Source: the human T2T-CHM13v2.0 reference genome, Homo sapiens
Length of the DNA stretch: 64,000 nt
Direction: 5' to 3' (one strand)
NCBI RefSeq assembly: GCF_009914755.1
Contig: NC_060929.1
The translations under genes and the position numbers were made by a program. Below, piece after piece: positions 1 to 15,239 of this stretch (position 1 is the stretch's first letter; each line of letters opens with the position of its first letter). The notes beneath the pieces were generated by a model that was not told the DNA's origin, made no database searches, and saw only the letters and a program-made list of their open reading frames with translations.

Positions 1-422
1 GGCTCTGGAGTCATACAGCCTTCATTTGAGTTCAGGTTCTACCACTGAGCTGGGTAGGGTTGTTTGTCCCTGCTAAGCCTCTGAATAGAGGAATGTGGGG
101 ATAATTCTTCTAGCTCCCTGTAAAGGAGTTGAAAGAATGAAATGAGCATGGGCCTAGTGGCACAGGCAGCACTCACTAAATGTTTTGGTTGATCCTCCTT
201 GAACTGGGAGACACACTCATTGGAACCTCCTCAGACAAGGCTGGGACAAAGATAGGATTGAAGAGGAGGGGGACCTCCAGGCAGATCTGACTACTCCTTT
301 GCTAACTCCACTGCCTTTGCTTGAGTCTCTATGCTCTTATTGCACTCTCCCCTTGTTTGCATGGCTATTTTCCCATACAGACTGCAGGTCCCTAAGGGTC
401 TTATTAGATGCTGTATCCCTAG

Positions 423-855
<433 letters not shown>

Positions 856-859
856 AGTA

Positions 860-1200
860 TTCTTTTACTTGTAAGTACAATAAACACAATATAAATGGGC
901 TTCAACACAGATAACTGAAAAGTCCAGGAGTAGTGTTGACTCAAATGATGCCATCAGAACTTGATTTCTCTCCCTCTGTCTCTTGGCATTGCTTTTACTG
1001 GTTGGCTCCATTTCAAACAGGCTTTTTGCCTCTAGCTAGCAAAATTACTGCATAGCTGTAGACCTAACATCTTCCCAATTTCCAATCTAACAGGGAAAAA
1101 AAAACACATGAGATTTTGTCCCAGAAAAAGGCTCACTGCAACTTTAGTGTGGTCATGTGTCAATTTCTGAGACAATCACGATGTCATGTGTTAATTGAGT
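860..1200. mobile_element. Old MaLR LTR fragment (MLT1-like)
   Basis: Resembles MLT1 consensus segments (ataactgaaaagtccagg...gatgccatcag). Confidence 0.45.
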
Positions 1201-1325
1201 TGTATACTTTTCCACTGAATGAAGGTGAGAGCCACTCCCCTTTAATAATAAATTGAGATTAGATTGGGGTGAGCCCTCAAGGTTAGTACTTATTTTAAAA
1301 TGTACTAGGGATTTTGTTTTTACCC

Positions 1326-1854
1326 TGTTATGGTGTGGGGCCAGCAGATCAGGGGGCAATTGCCATTGTCAAGAGTTTTGTTATTCATAGTTCCCAAGAG
1401 GAGGGACCATGTTGCATGCCATGTCATGCAGGACCACATGGGGAAGCACCAGGGTTGGGCAGGAGGTGGGAGTGAGGGGAAAGCTCATGTGAAACCTTTA
1501 GCCTTGGGTTTTAAGAGAAAGAATGGGCAAGGTAGTGTAAGCAGTTGGGCAGAATTAGGATTGCATGGTTTGAATCATTTGGGTGGCCTCTGGGTGAAAG
1601 GATAGTCCCTTGTTGCCTAGTACCTGGCCCTTGGGTGATTTAGGGCACAGGGATAGTGTCCTGGACTGCAAGAGCCTAATAAAAGGTGGTGGGTGGGGAT
1701 TGGTTGGTTTGCGTATCACAGGGGTGCTCCAAGGCAAGTTTGCTGTCTCTAGGAATTAGCTACCCCCGGCATGGGCAGTCCCTCTCCAGGTCCACCAGAC
1801 CCCAAGATGTTGAAGCATCATAAAACACAGAAAATAAAAAATATGATTAATACA
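1326..1854 (-). mobile_element. Solo LTR, ERVL-type (MER74-like)
   Basis: TG...CA termini. The reverse complement begins TGTATTAATCATATTTTTTATTTTCTGTG...ACATCTTGGGG, as recalled for MER74-family LTRs. Confidence 0.55.
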
Positions 1855-2114
1855 GTGCTGGGTGGCAAAAAACAACGGATATCTATTACAAAGACTAAGG
1901 TCTAGTATTAGTATAAAGAAGCAATCTCATTCATTTAGCCATTCACTAGTTCATTCACTCATTCATTTTTTCATTCAACATTTTTTTAGGAGTGCATCAT
2001 TCACCATTTATTAAAAATCTCCCATGTGCTAGACACTGAAGTAGGTGCAAGGAACGTAGAAGTGAACAAGCCAGACCTGGTTCCTGCTAATTAGAGCCAT
2101 CAATCAAATAATTA

Positions 2115-2436
2115 TACATATATATATCTCTATCTATCTACCTACCTATCTATCTATCGATGTTTTTTTTCTGTTGCCCCAGCTAGAGTGCAGTGGCATG
2201 AACATAGCTCACTGCAGCCTCAACCTCCAAGGTTCAAGTGATCCTCCTGCCTCAGCCTTCTGAATAGCTGGGACCACAGGCGCACACCACCACATCCAAC
2301 TGATTTTTAAATTTTTTGTGGAGACTGGGTCTTGCTATGTTGCCCAGGCTGGTCTCCAACTCCTGGACTCAAGCTGTCCTCCCACCTTGGCCTCCCAAAG
2401 TGTTGGGATTACAGGAGTAAGCCACTGCACCCGGCC
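2115..2436 (-). mobile_element. Alu (AluJ-type) with an adjacent (TA)n/(TCTA)n microsatellite, next to an L2 remnant (~1930-2100)
   Basis: Antisense Alu with J-type features (gggaccacagg, gtcttgctatgttgccc). Confidence 0.9.
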
Positions 2437-4149
2437 TAATAATTATAATTCTCAAGGACCTATTCCAAATGATGCGGGATCCAGTAATTCATTTTTAAAG
2501 GCTTTAGTTCATCTACTTGTTTTAGGCTATAGTGATTGTTGGGCCTGTCAGTATATTCTGGGCCTTTGGAGAAAAGATCTGATGCTCATAAATAAAAATG
2601 CTCCACAAATGAGGATGATTTTTTCATGACTTGTATGGCATTTTAGAGATTACAAGGTGCTTTAAGTATTCTCATTTATTCTTCACAATTCTTGTTAGAT
2701 ATAGATTATTATCATCTCATTTTACTGCTGGAGAAGCTGAGGCTTTAAGAAGTGAAGTGACTTGCCCAAAGATTTACTATCAGCAGGGGCCAAGCAGGGC
2801 TCAAAACCAAGTCCAGTTCTTTTTCCACTTTATTAGTATTTTCAATTGTGGGACCCCTGCCAGTGGCTCACAGAGCATCAAAATAGTGACCTCAATTAGT
2901 GAGAAATGTATCTCTATTTCATATCTCCCTCAATCATTTCAGCTCTGTCAAGGGCAAAGTCTCATATTTGTGCTAATATATCTTTAACACTTTTTCACTT
3001 GCTACCCTGTCTCTCTTTCTCTCCTTAGAAATCAAGAAAGCACAGGACTCTGGCTCAGAACTGTTGGCAGGCACAACTGAGAAGCTAGAATCTAATATCA
3101 TTGTTTTGCTTTATTTATGACAAGCAATATTGGTTTTCCATTTATGGTAGAGATATTAAGTTTCCCTTTGAAATAAATGTATTTTTGAAGTTAAAACAGT
3201 GTTGATTGAAAACAAATACTAAATAAATAATAAGTAGCTTGTGGGTATGTGCAAGTCATGAAAACGGTACCCAAATTACTGCAATCTGGGAACACCTCAT
3301 AGACCAAGCAAGTAGGAAGAGGCTCCTGGAAGGGAAAATGCAGATTCCTCTCCTTTCCTGTCTAGGGAGGAAAAAGGACTGGTTTAGGCCCTGCTCCAAA
3401 TAAAAGACATGGTCACAATCCTCTAAGATGGTGCTTTTCAGGCCAAGGCCCAGAGACTGATGCCAATCCAAAGTGATATTTTCAAATCATTTGTGAGAAG
3501 AAAAAATAAGGACCGTGTATATGTCAGTGTAAGAAGGCCAACTATTCTTTCTTAGGTAAGAAGGTATTTTATTCTGAAACTCTCTTATTATTCATTTATT
3601 TTTGTATGAGTGCAAGTGTGTTATAATGCCCATTCTTTAGTAATTGGTTTATGATAATAGATGGCCATTGCTGATTGTGATTGTTCCAATAGCTTTACTT
3701 GGAAAAACAAATAGCTAGTGACCTTATCCTACCAAACCCCCCTCCTCCCTATTTTTTTCTATCAGTGAACTTCTGTTCTAGGAGACTTCAATTGCAGGAA
3801 ACAGCTTGCCTTCTATTGCTAGAGGAAAAAGATATTGATAGGCCCAGCCTTATAACTGTGGTTACTAGCAATGCAAAACAGCAAGCCATAAATCCTTATT
3901 GAACTCAGGCACTGCTGTTTGCCATTGAAGAGATCTTTCTTTTCTCTCCAGTGTAACTAAATAAAGATGGGAGACCAGAGAAATAAGATAGCTGTTAAAT
4001 TAAAGAGGAAAAACGTTCAAGTTTCAAGGAGGCTGTTACAAAAACAAATAAGCATATAAACCAACCAACCCCCAAACTCCTAGACCAATATCTATCTCTC
4101 AGTGACCTTGGACCATCTTAGCTGAGATGAGCAAACTGACAGCCCATTA

Positions 4150-4770
4150 AGAATGCCAGCCCCACTCCTCTTATTCTCTGATGATGGAAATGTAAACTGG
4201 TATATCAGGCTAACTCTTTGACCTAGCAATTCCTTTTTCACTAATTTGTCAGAGAAAATATCATAGTTGGGCACAAATAATTATTTGGTTATAAGGATCT
4301 CCATTAAAATAATCATTTACTGCATAGAAAAGCTAGACACAAATATCGAATGGCAAGGGGTTGGCCAGGTAAATCATAGCACATTGATACACTGGAATAC
4401 TGTGTAAATATATGAAAATATATTGTAGAAAAATACTCAATATTATGCAAAATGGTAAGAACGTATTGTTAAATGAGACAAGTATAAAAAAGCAAAAGAA
4501 TAAAATACATACAGAATATTGGATACAGTATGATTTAATTTTTATTTAAAAGATGTTGGATGGAGGATGGGAGGAGGGAGATGATAAGGAAAAATAACTA
4601 ATGGATACTAGGTTTATTACCTGGGTGATGGAATAATCTGTACAACAAACCTCTATGACACAAGTTTACCTATGTAATAAACCTTCACTTGTACCCCTGA
4701 ACTTAAAATAAAAGGTTAAAAAAGTGAGTCTTTTATAAACAGCAAAAAATAAAAAATAAAATAAAAAAGG
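4150..4770 (+). mobile_element. Old L1M fragment plus an L1PB/old L1PA 3' end (~4560-4770)
   Basis: L1 3'UTR motif (tacctgggtgatggaataatctgtacaacaaacc...gtacccctgaacttaaaataaaag) and an A-rich tail. Confidence 0.75.
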
Positions 4771-7700
4771 CATAATACACAATAGGTCTGGGTGGTAAAA
4801 TTATAAGTGAGTTCCATTTCCCTCTTTTTGTGTAAGGCTTTTTTTATGTCTGCAATGAAAACATGCTACTTTTACTTTAAGAAAAAAAGAGATTCCCTTT
4901 AAATTGGCCCCATTTAACCTGATTAAAATGGGTCAGCAACCCTATGCATAAGCTTAAAAGTGTGTATTTGTGGACTTGCATTTTGCAGTGCTGACGTGCT
5001 TCCCCTAGAACCGAAGGGAGACACGAAACCTCTCTGCAAACTCTTTGTAGATTCCCATCTGTGACTTGATAAATATTTGATGCAGTGGCCAGTCAACATC
5101 CCTACATTAGTGAAACTTCTGCCCAGGAGCAACTGCACAGCTCTCAGCAATGAGATCGGAGTAAGTTAAAAAGAGTGTATTCATTAGCCACTTCAAAGGG
5201 TTTGTTTTTTTTCAGCTGGAAATTTTGCAGGCTGTATTATTGGCCCCGCTGTCTACCGCATGACGACCAAAAAACATACTACTGCAAGGAGGAGCCTGCT
5301 TCTTCCCTTAACAACATTTTCTTTCCTTTGTGTTCACAGCCCGGGAGGCAAACGCACCATGAATCACCCTCCTGTCTTCCCTTTGGTTAAACAGCTGTGA
5401 ATGTCTTAAGTGAGTTTAGGATCTGCCTGGTAACTTTAATGCCAAAAACCTGGAGTCTGGTCCCCGTAGGTTGTGTAGTTTTGTACAATGGGGATGGGCC
5501 ACTTGTCCTCTCTGCATCTTCAAAGACTACAATTGATAATTAAAAGTCAGCCTTTTGTCCCTAAATATCCTGAATTGACAAGTAGAATGAATGAACAACG
5601 TGTAGCAGGGCAGAGAAGGGCTCTGGTGAAACCAGCTGAAATTAATCCTGAAGCTAGCTACAGTGGTTTTCAGGAGGACCTGAGTAAACTCCTACTCATT
5701 TTTCAAATCTTGATTTAAATATCACCTCTTCCTAGAAGGCTACCAAGATCCAAGCCTGGTGCCCCTCCACTGAGCTTCCATAACTTCTGTACTTCTGTGA
5801 GAGCCTGTAAGCTGTACTCGAACTACCTGCTTGTTTATGTCTCTCCCCAGCAAACTATGAGTTTTGGGAAGACTGTCCTCTCCACCACTGCCAGGCATCT
5901 GGCACTTATAAAAGTGCTGAATAAATATTTATTGAATTGAGTACATTTTTCCTGAAACTCATGCTTCAGAAGAGTAACAAAATTTCAGGACTATAGGGCA
6001 TCAAATTTGAAAGTTTCCTCTTTTCATTGATTGAAGCCCACTGTCCCTGTTCCCGACCCATAGCCGTCAAAGCAAGCAGCTGTCTAGTCTGCTTGCACAT
6101 TTCTAATGACAGACAGTTTACCTCCCTTTAAAACAGTCAAAGGTAGACTTTGAAATGACTAAGAAAGTTGAGTAAAATAAAAGACCAACAGGACAGGTCC
6201 TCTACCAAACTGGGAAGCAGGTAACCCAGGCGCCTTGTCACTTCTAGTTCCTCCCCTCTCGTCATTATTGCAACTTCTTGAGGCCTTTATTCTCTTCCCC
6301 ATTTTCTGCTGGGCCTTGCTCTCAGCTGAGGGTTAAGGAAACTCCACAGTGGTAGCCACTGACAGTAGTTTAAGGCTCTGCTTCACAAACCAGGAGTGTG
6401 TATGCCATGGAGTCCTTGAACTCCAAGATGAACATGGAGTCTATTGTGAAGCATCGTTTTTATTTGAAGAGCTAACATTTGTATGTTAAAAATATATGTA
6501 GTATGGAAAAGCATATAGGCATGATTTTAAATAGACAGCACAAGACTCAAAAGAAATTGATCAAAATCTTTTGGGCTGAGTCCTCAGACTCCTGGGGGTT
6601 AAGAATTCACTCTTGGTTTGATGGGTTACTTTGGTGGAAAATACAGGAGAAGTAACACTGGCTTAATATGCTGTCGTCTTATATCCCCTGGGGGCATTTG
6701 CATTTCCACTGGTTTCTTTTGGAGACTGAAAAGGCTTTAAAGCCAAGAGGAATCAATGCATAATGGTGGAGTTTCAGGCTGCATGAATTGGGGTAGAGGG
6801 ACAGATATTATCCAGCAGAGGCATTGCATTTATAAAGAACATTTCCTAGTGATCTGTCAGCCTTTAACAGGCAGTCCCATTTCCGAGTAGGTATAGTAAA
6901 TGTCCACTTGATTCTGCTTTGACAATGTTTGTGCAAGTAACTTTGCCCTTCTATGCCTCAGTTTCCTTAGCTCAGTATGAGAAATTAACTCATACAGGTG
7001 CCGTGAGCTACTGTATAAAAAGTACTTTGCTCAGTGCCCAACATATAATAAACATTAACTAAACAGCAGTTCTTACAAGCACTAATTATAAAATTAACAT
7101 ATGCTCAGTCAGACCTACCCCTAAATTTGTGGGCCTAGAGTTTGTTAACTTTTTTTTAACAAACAAGCCAACAGACTGTTAAAAAAAAATGTGGTGTATC
7201 CTTCTACTTTTGAAACAAAGTTGAGAACTATTTTTCATATGACTGAATATCAGCAAATTTTAAAGTTGACTGATCTTTAATTTTCTGTACATAACTGGCA
7301 GTTCTGTTGTTTGGCTGATGTTTGGATGCGTAATAACAAAGGCATACATAATTCATACATGACTATATATTTGCTATATAAAAATTATTTTTTCTTGTCT
7401 TCATTTTAGCAAAATTACAGTTACGTTCTTCCAATCAGGATTTTTACATAATTTATGTTCAAAGATAGTAATGCCAAATTCAACACCCTTTCTTAGCCAT
7501 TGTATTCTTATTTTTAAATTAATTTCATCATGGAGAAAACTTGCTGTTAAGTCAATAGCAACTGAAATTGTCAAAGTTATTGTAACATTTACATTCAGAA
7601 ATTGGCAATGGATTTTACATATAAAGTTCAAATACTATCATGGGGTCTTAAATTGTTGTTACGATAGAAAATACTACAAAAAATTTTAATTTCATAATAT

Positions 7701-8141
7701 AAATCTATCACTTACATTGCAATTTTTACCTTCTCTAAAAACAATATCCAGATCCACAAAATATTTTGGTAAGTTTTTTTTTATTTTTAATAAACCTAAA
7801 GTGATCTCAACAGATATTAGTTTGGGGATTGTTTGTATGTGCATATTCTCTTTTATAGTGATGCAAACATTTTTGTTTACTTGTTCTGATTTTCTCATAT
7901 TTTATAGAAATGTCACATTTGTTACATATTTTACATGCAGTTTATTTCAATTTAGAGTAACTATTTTCTCTCTATAAAAAAATTTAATCGTAAAAAGGCA
8001 AAACAGCCAAACTCATTATTTGGTTCCAGTTTTTAGAATTTCTGCAAGCTTTTGCTAACATCATTAAAAACAACAGTTTCTACCAAATAACCATAGATAG
8101 TGCAGATTCAGAAATAATTTTCTGCCAAAGATCATGATTCC

Positions 8142-8750
<609 letters not shown>

Positions 8751-9424
8751 ATGATTCTTTTTATTTAAGGATTATCTTTTATTTCTCATACTCTTCCAGT
8801 GCATCTTGTTATCTGGTGTAAATAAAATTTTGTTGTTTTAATAGCTTTTAGTCAGCATTCCCTTTGTGTGTCCAAAAGTGTTTTAGTGACAAACATATAA
8901 CAGCTTTTTCAAGTTGTTTCATCTTTGGACAGATACAGAAAATATCCTATGTAATTGTTTAATTGTTCTGAAGATGCAATCACCCATTTGACACAGCTGA
9001 GAACATGTCCCTTAATAAGAAATTCAAACTATGTATCACACATGCCTCATAATAAATGCTTGTTCCTTACCAACTGCCATTATCATTAGCTTGCCATCAT
9101 TATTCTTTTAAATCAATGTCTAAAATTCAAAATTGTATTTTCAATTCTACTTTTTACAATAGGTATAAAATCAATAACATACACAATTTTGACTTCAATT
9201 TTTATCATCTGATGAACTATCAGATGCAAGTGTGGCCTGCCCACCATCATCAGATGATGGTACATCAGAAGATAAATATTAGTTGCTCAATATGATTTTG
9301 TCCTAACATAATTTACGTAAATTAGTTACTATTAATTTAAAAATTGTATCTCTAATATCTTTTATCACATTTAATAGTATTTTGAATTCTCCATTTAAAG
9401 AAATATGATCTTTTAAAATTCAAT

Positions 9425-9725
<301 letters not shown>

Positions 9726-10835
9726 TAAAATTCATTTTTATCTATGTTATATGCTTGGCTATTTTGGCATCACATTTGAAAGTTATTTTTTCTACTAGAC
9801 TAGAACATTTCCATTGTTTTCTATGAATATCGCACTGTTGCTGTTCCACACAAGCTTGCCTAAGTATGGCACATCTAATACTGTTTTCTTAAGAATATCA
9901 CAGCGATATTGTATATTTGTATTTGCTTGTTTATTTGTTGAATACTGTTAATCATTTGTGTTGTTTCAGGCTTTTTTTTTTCCATTCTAGTATTTGCGTG
10001 TGCATTTTTTGGGGTCGGGGTCAAATAACATTTTGTATTCTTTTAATTGAGAACCTAAGTATTTCCAGTCACAGATTCTTTCACTGGACAAAGCTGACTG
10101 TGAAGACAGACTGAAATATGTAATAATAGTAACAAAATATTTTGTCTTTTGACTTAGAATATTAAAAAAGTTTCTACAGTTTCTCCATTGGGAAAAAAAC
10201 TTACAATAATACAAAATATTAACTTTTCTGCCAAGTTTATTCAAGGAAAAATTTATAACCAATAATTTAAATCAACTTACATTTTTCTGGAAATGTTCTC
10301 AGATTTCAGAAAGCTGTGACAAACTTTTCTAGGATCACCTTCCAATAAACAGTAAAGAAGCAAAAAGTTTTTAATCTTTCTTGTCAAATTTGCCAATTTC
10401 CCCATAATTTCTTTATCATCTAATGGGCAGACCCACTTGCACTCGTTTCTTTTGAGTTGTGAATTTGATATAAAAATATCTTTTTCATTGTCTTATTTTA
10501 ATCATGAAAGAAACTTCATGTAAAGAACATGAAGTTACAGGTGTTTGATCTGATCTATTCAAGTTGTGGACTTACTCAGAATACTTTTCTTATTTTCATT
10601 GTTTTGCTCAGTAACTAAATCTTCACTGAACAGGGAATTTGTAATGTTTGTTTATGAATTGTATGTGGGCCATGCTCAGGAGTTCGCAATTTAAACAAAT
10701 TACAGCTGACCACCTTGGTGAATATGTTTGTTTTTCTTTTCCATCCTTATTTTTCTGAGCTTCACTTTCATATTTTGTAGGTCTAGCACAATCTTAACTT
10801 GTTCTCATTCTTGGTCAGCTAAAGAATTAAGATAA

Positions 10836-11182
10836 GCAGCCATAAAAAATGATGAGTTCATGTCCTTTGTAGGGACATGGATGAAGCTGGAAACCATCAT
10901 TCTCAGCAAACTATCACAAGGACAAAAAACCAAACACCGCATGTTCTCACTCGTAGGTGGGAATTGAACAATGAGAACACATGGACACAGGAAGGGGAAC
11001 ATCACACACCGGGGTCTGTTGTGGGGTGGGGGGAGTGGGGAGGGATAGCATTAGGAGATATACCTAATGTTAAATGATGAGTTAATGGGTGCAGCACACC
11101 AACATGGCACATGTATACATAGGTAACAAACCTGCACGTTGTGCACATGTGCCCTAAAACTTAAAGTATAATTAAAAAAAAA
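10836..11182 (+). mobile_element. L1PA (young-intermediate) 3' end with poly-A and TSD
   Basis: Close match to the L1PA ORF2 end and 3'UTR. TSD AAAGA(A/T)TTAAGATAA at 10821 and 11183. Confidence 0.95.
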
Positions 11183-12213
11183 AAAGATTTAAGATAAAAT
11201 GTAATCATATTCAAAGGGTTCCAAATTCGAATATATTTCATCAAAAATGTAATTAAAGTAAATGCTAAAATACTAAAAAATTAAAAACATTTCCTATTTT
11301 GTCAAAAAAGTTATTTTTCTTCTGCTAAAATATCCAAAATTATTGATTGAAGCTTAAGGGTAAAATACAAATGGTAATTAATGAATACTAATATTTAAAT
11401 AAAAATTTCAAATGAAGCTTAATTTTTACTTAGTTTTAAATTTAGTTTACTCATTACATATTTTCATAAACATTAAGTTATCCACAATTTTTATATTCAA
11501 TGTTTCATGCTTCAAGCATGCTATGTCTAGACAATGTATAAAAAATTAAAAGTAGTATTTTTTAAATTGCAAAAGATTCTTTAGCTGCTATGTGTAACTG
11601 CTGCAAACACTGCAGTAATTTGTGAGTACTTACCCACAAACTGGAACTTGAAGAAAGCAAGAAAATGGATGCTTGTTACCCCGGAATATGCTGTGTTATT
11701 TTCTAAGAATCTATAGCATTCATGACACCTGAGAAGAAAGATTTGACAAGTATATTAATTTGTCTTTTACCTAAATGCTTCCACAGCTTAAATTCTCCTT
11801 GCACACACATTCCTCAGCAGTGTCCTTTTGTGATGCTGGCAGCAGCACAACCTGTGATTCTTCACAACATTTGGGTGGTCAGCTTGTGTTTCCAGGACCG
11901 AGGAGCATTTTCCATGGCCTGAATGGTGTTAGTCACCAAAGTGATTGTTTAGGGTATCTGCAATGGTCACCTGATTTCATATATTCTTTAATACATTTGT
12001 CTTTTTATGTGTCTTTTCTAAACATGAGATCTGAGGTAGGGGTTCCTCCTTACCAGATCTAGGGCTGTCCTGAGTACAGTAAAAATAATCCAACACTACT
12101 TATATATACAACCCACACGTATAAAATAGAAATAGGTTCTCCCTACAAGTACTTGAGTAAATTACCATGTAACCAGTTTGTTGTTTATTTTTCTAGACTT
12201 TAAAAAATACTAA

Positions 12214-12480
<267 letters not shown>

Positions 12481-12600
12481 TAAATGAGATCATAATATGA
12501 AAACTTTGGGAAGCTTCTTTCTCCATTTAATGGTATATTATGCACTGTTTCCTGTGTTGTTACACACAATTTATTAACTTTATCTTATTCATAACTATAG

Positions 12601-12921
<321 letters not shown>

Positions 12922-13509
12922 TAAGCCAATTCCTTTCTGATTGGCATTTGGTTATTTTTTTTCTTTAAATTTTTGTCATAAAAATCCTACAGCAAATATC
13001 CTTGGATAGGTTACTTGGTTTTCACTATGTCTAAATTCATGACTGCATTTGGTCAATACAGCTAATTTATTTATTTATTTTTTTAATATAGGTAATTTAT
13101 AAGTGTTAGAAATTAACTACACACATCTTCTATAGGATCACTTAGTCCCTGCTCCTATTTTTCATATTCTGAAAGCTTTCTTAAACATTTTTCTGGACAA
13201 TCTAGAAAAAGTTCTAGATGAAAATTTTATACTAATGTGTCTTGTCTGCGATCCAAGGCAGTTTGATACATTAGTGTGTTAAGCTTTCCTGCTCAGAAAT
13301 GACAGAAAAATTAGAAATCTATGTTAATTAGGAATGGCAAATGGAAACTTAAGTATATATATTTATATATTTAATTATTTTTCATTTAAAATAAATATAA
13401 AATACCTTCTTTTATATTTATTTTAATGTATTATGAGATGTCAATCCCTCCTATTGTCATATATATGATCTACACGTACAATTAAGATAGATACATACAT
13501 ATCTTTGTA

Positions 13510-13512
<3 letters not shown>

Positions 13513-13544
<32 letters not shown>
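13513..13544. repeat. (GT)16 microsatellite
   Basis: Read directly. Confidence 0.97.
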
Positions 13545-13549
<5 letters not shown>

Positions 13550-13929
13550 CAAGCTTTGTTTGGAGCTAGAAAGCAGCGGATCCAGGATTCAAATGTGGGT
13601 GTGGCTGGTAGGTCTTGTCAACCTACCACGCCAGTAGTCTTGCCACCATATTATGCTTTGTAGTAGGTATTAGAACTTGGTGGTGGAGGGTGGGGGTGAA
13701 TTCAAAGAGCATCTAGTTTTTTTCAATATAAGCAAGAATGTTTATAAACACCAAACTTATCACAGTAATCACATTTTTAAGGAGCGGAGAGGGGTTGAGG
13801 AGAAGAGAAAAGACAATTTTGCATTTGTGTATCGCTTGACTTTTTAAAATAATGAGAATCAGTTTGCGTTGTATTGTCAAATTTTAATAATTAATGAAAA
13901 ATAATCTTGTACATAGTTGGTGTCAACGG

Positions 13930-14830
<901 letters not shown>

Positions 14831-15239
14831 ATTATAGCTTGTATTACTACTATTATATAACTATATATTATATAGTTTTTTCTACCTAATTTTATTATAT
14901 ATGTACACTGTTATTACATTACATAATTATAGGTTAAATGCAGGGCATGTAGCTATTTGGTATGGCTGCACGGAGATAGCTGAGAGGAGGATTCTTCAAA
15001 CCCACCGCCGCAAACATTGAATGATCAGCTCTAGATGGTAGAATCATACAGGTATAAATGGAATCAGTTAATTACAGTGGCAGTTGAGGCAGAATAATCA
15101 ACTAGGTTCTCAAAGTTAATGGCGATAAGAGAATCTGAAGAGGCATATGATGTTCCAATTCAGGGCTCAAAAGTATTTGTTAAATAGATGAATGAGCAAA
15201 TGAATCAATGGAGGAAATTATGAAAAGATGAGAGCAGTG

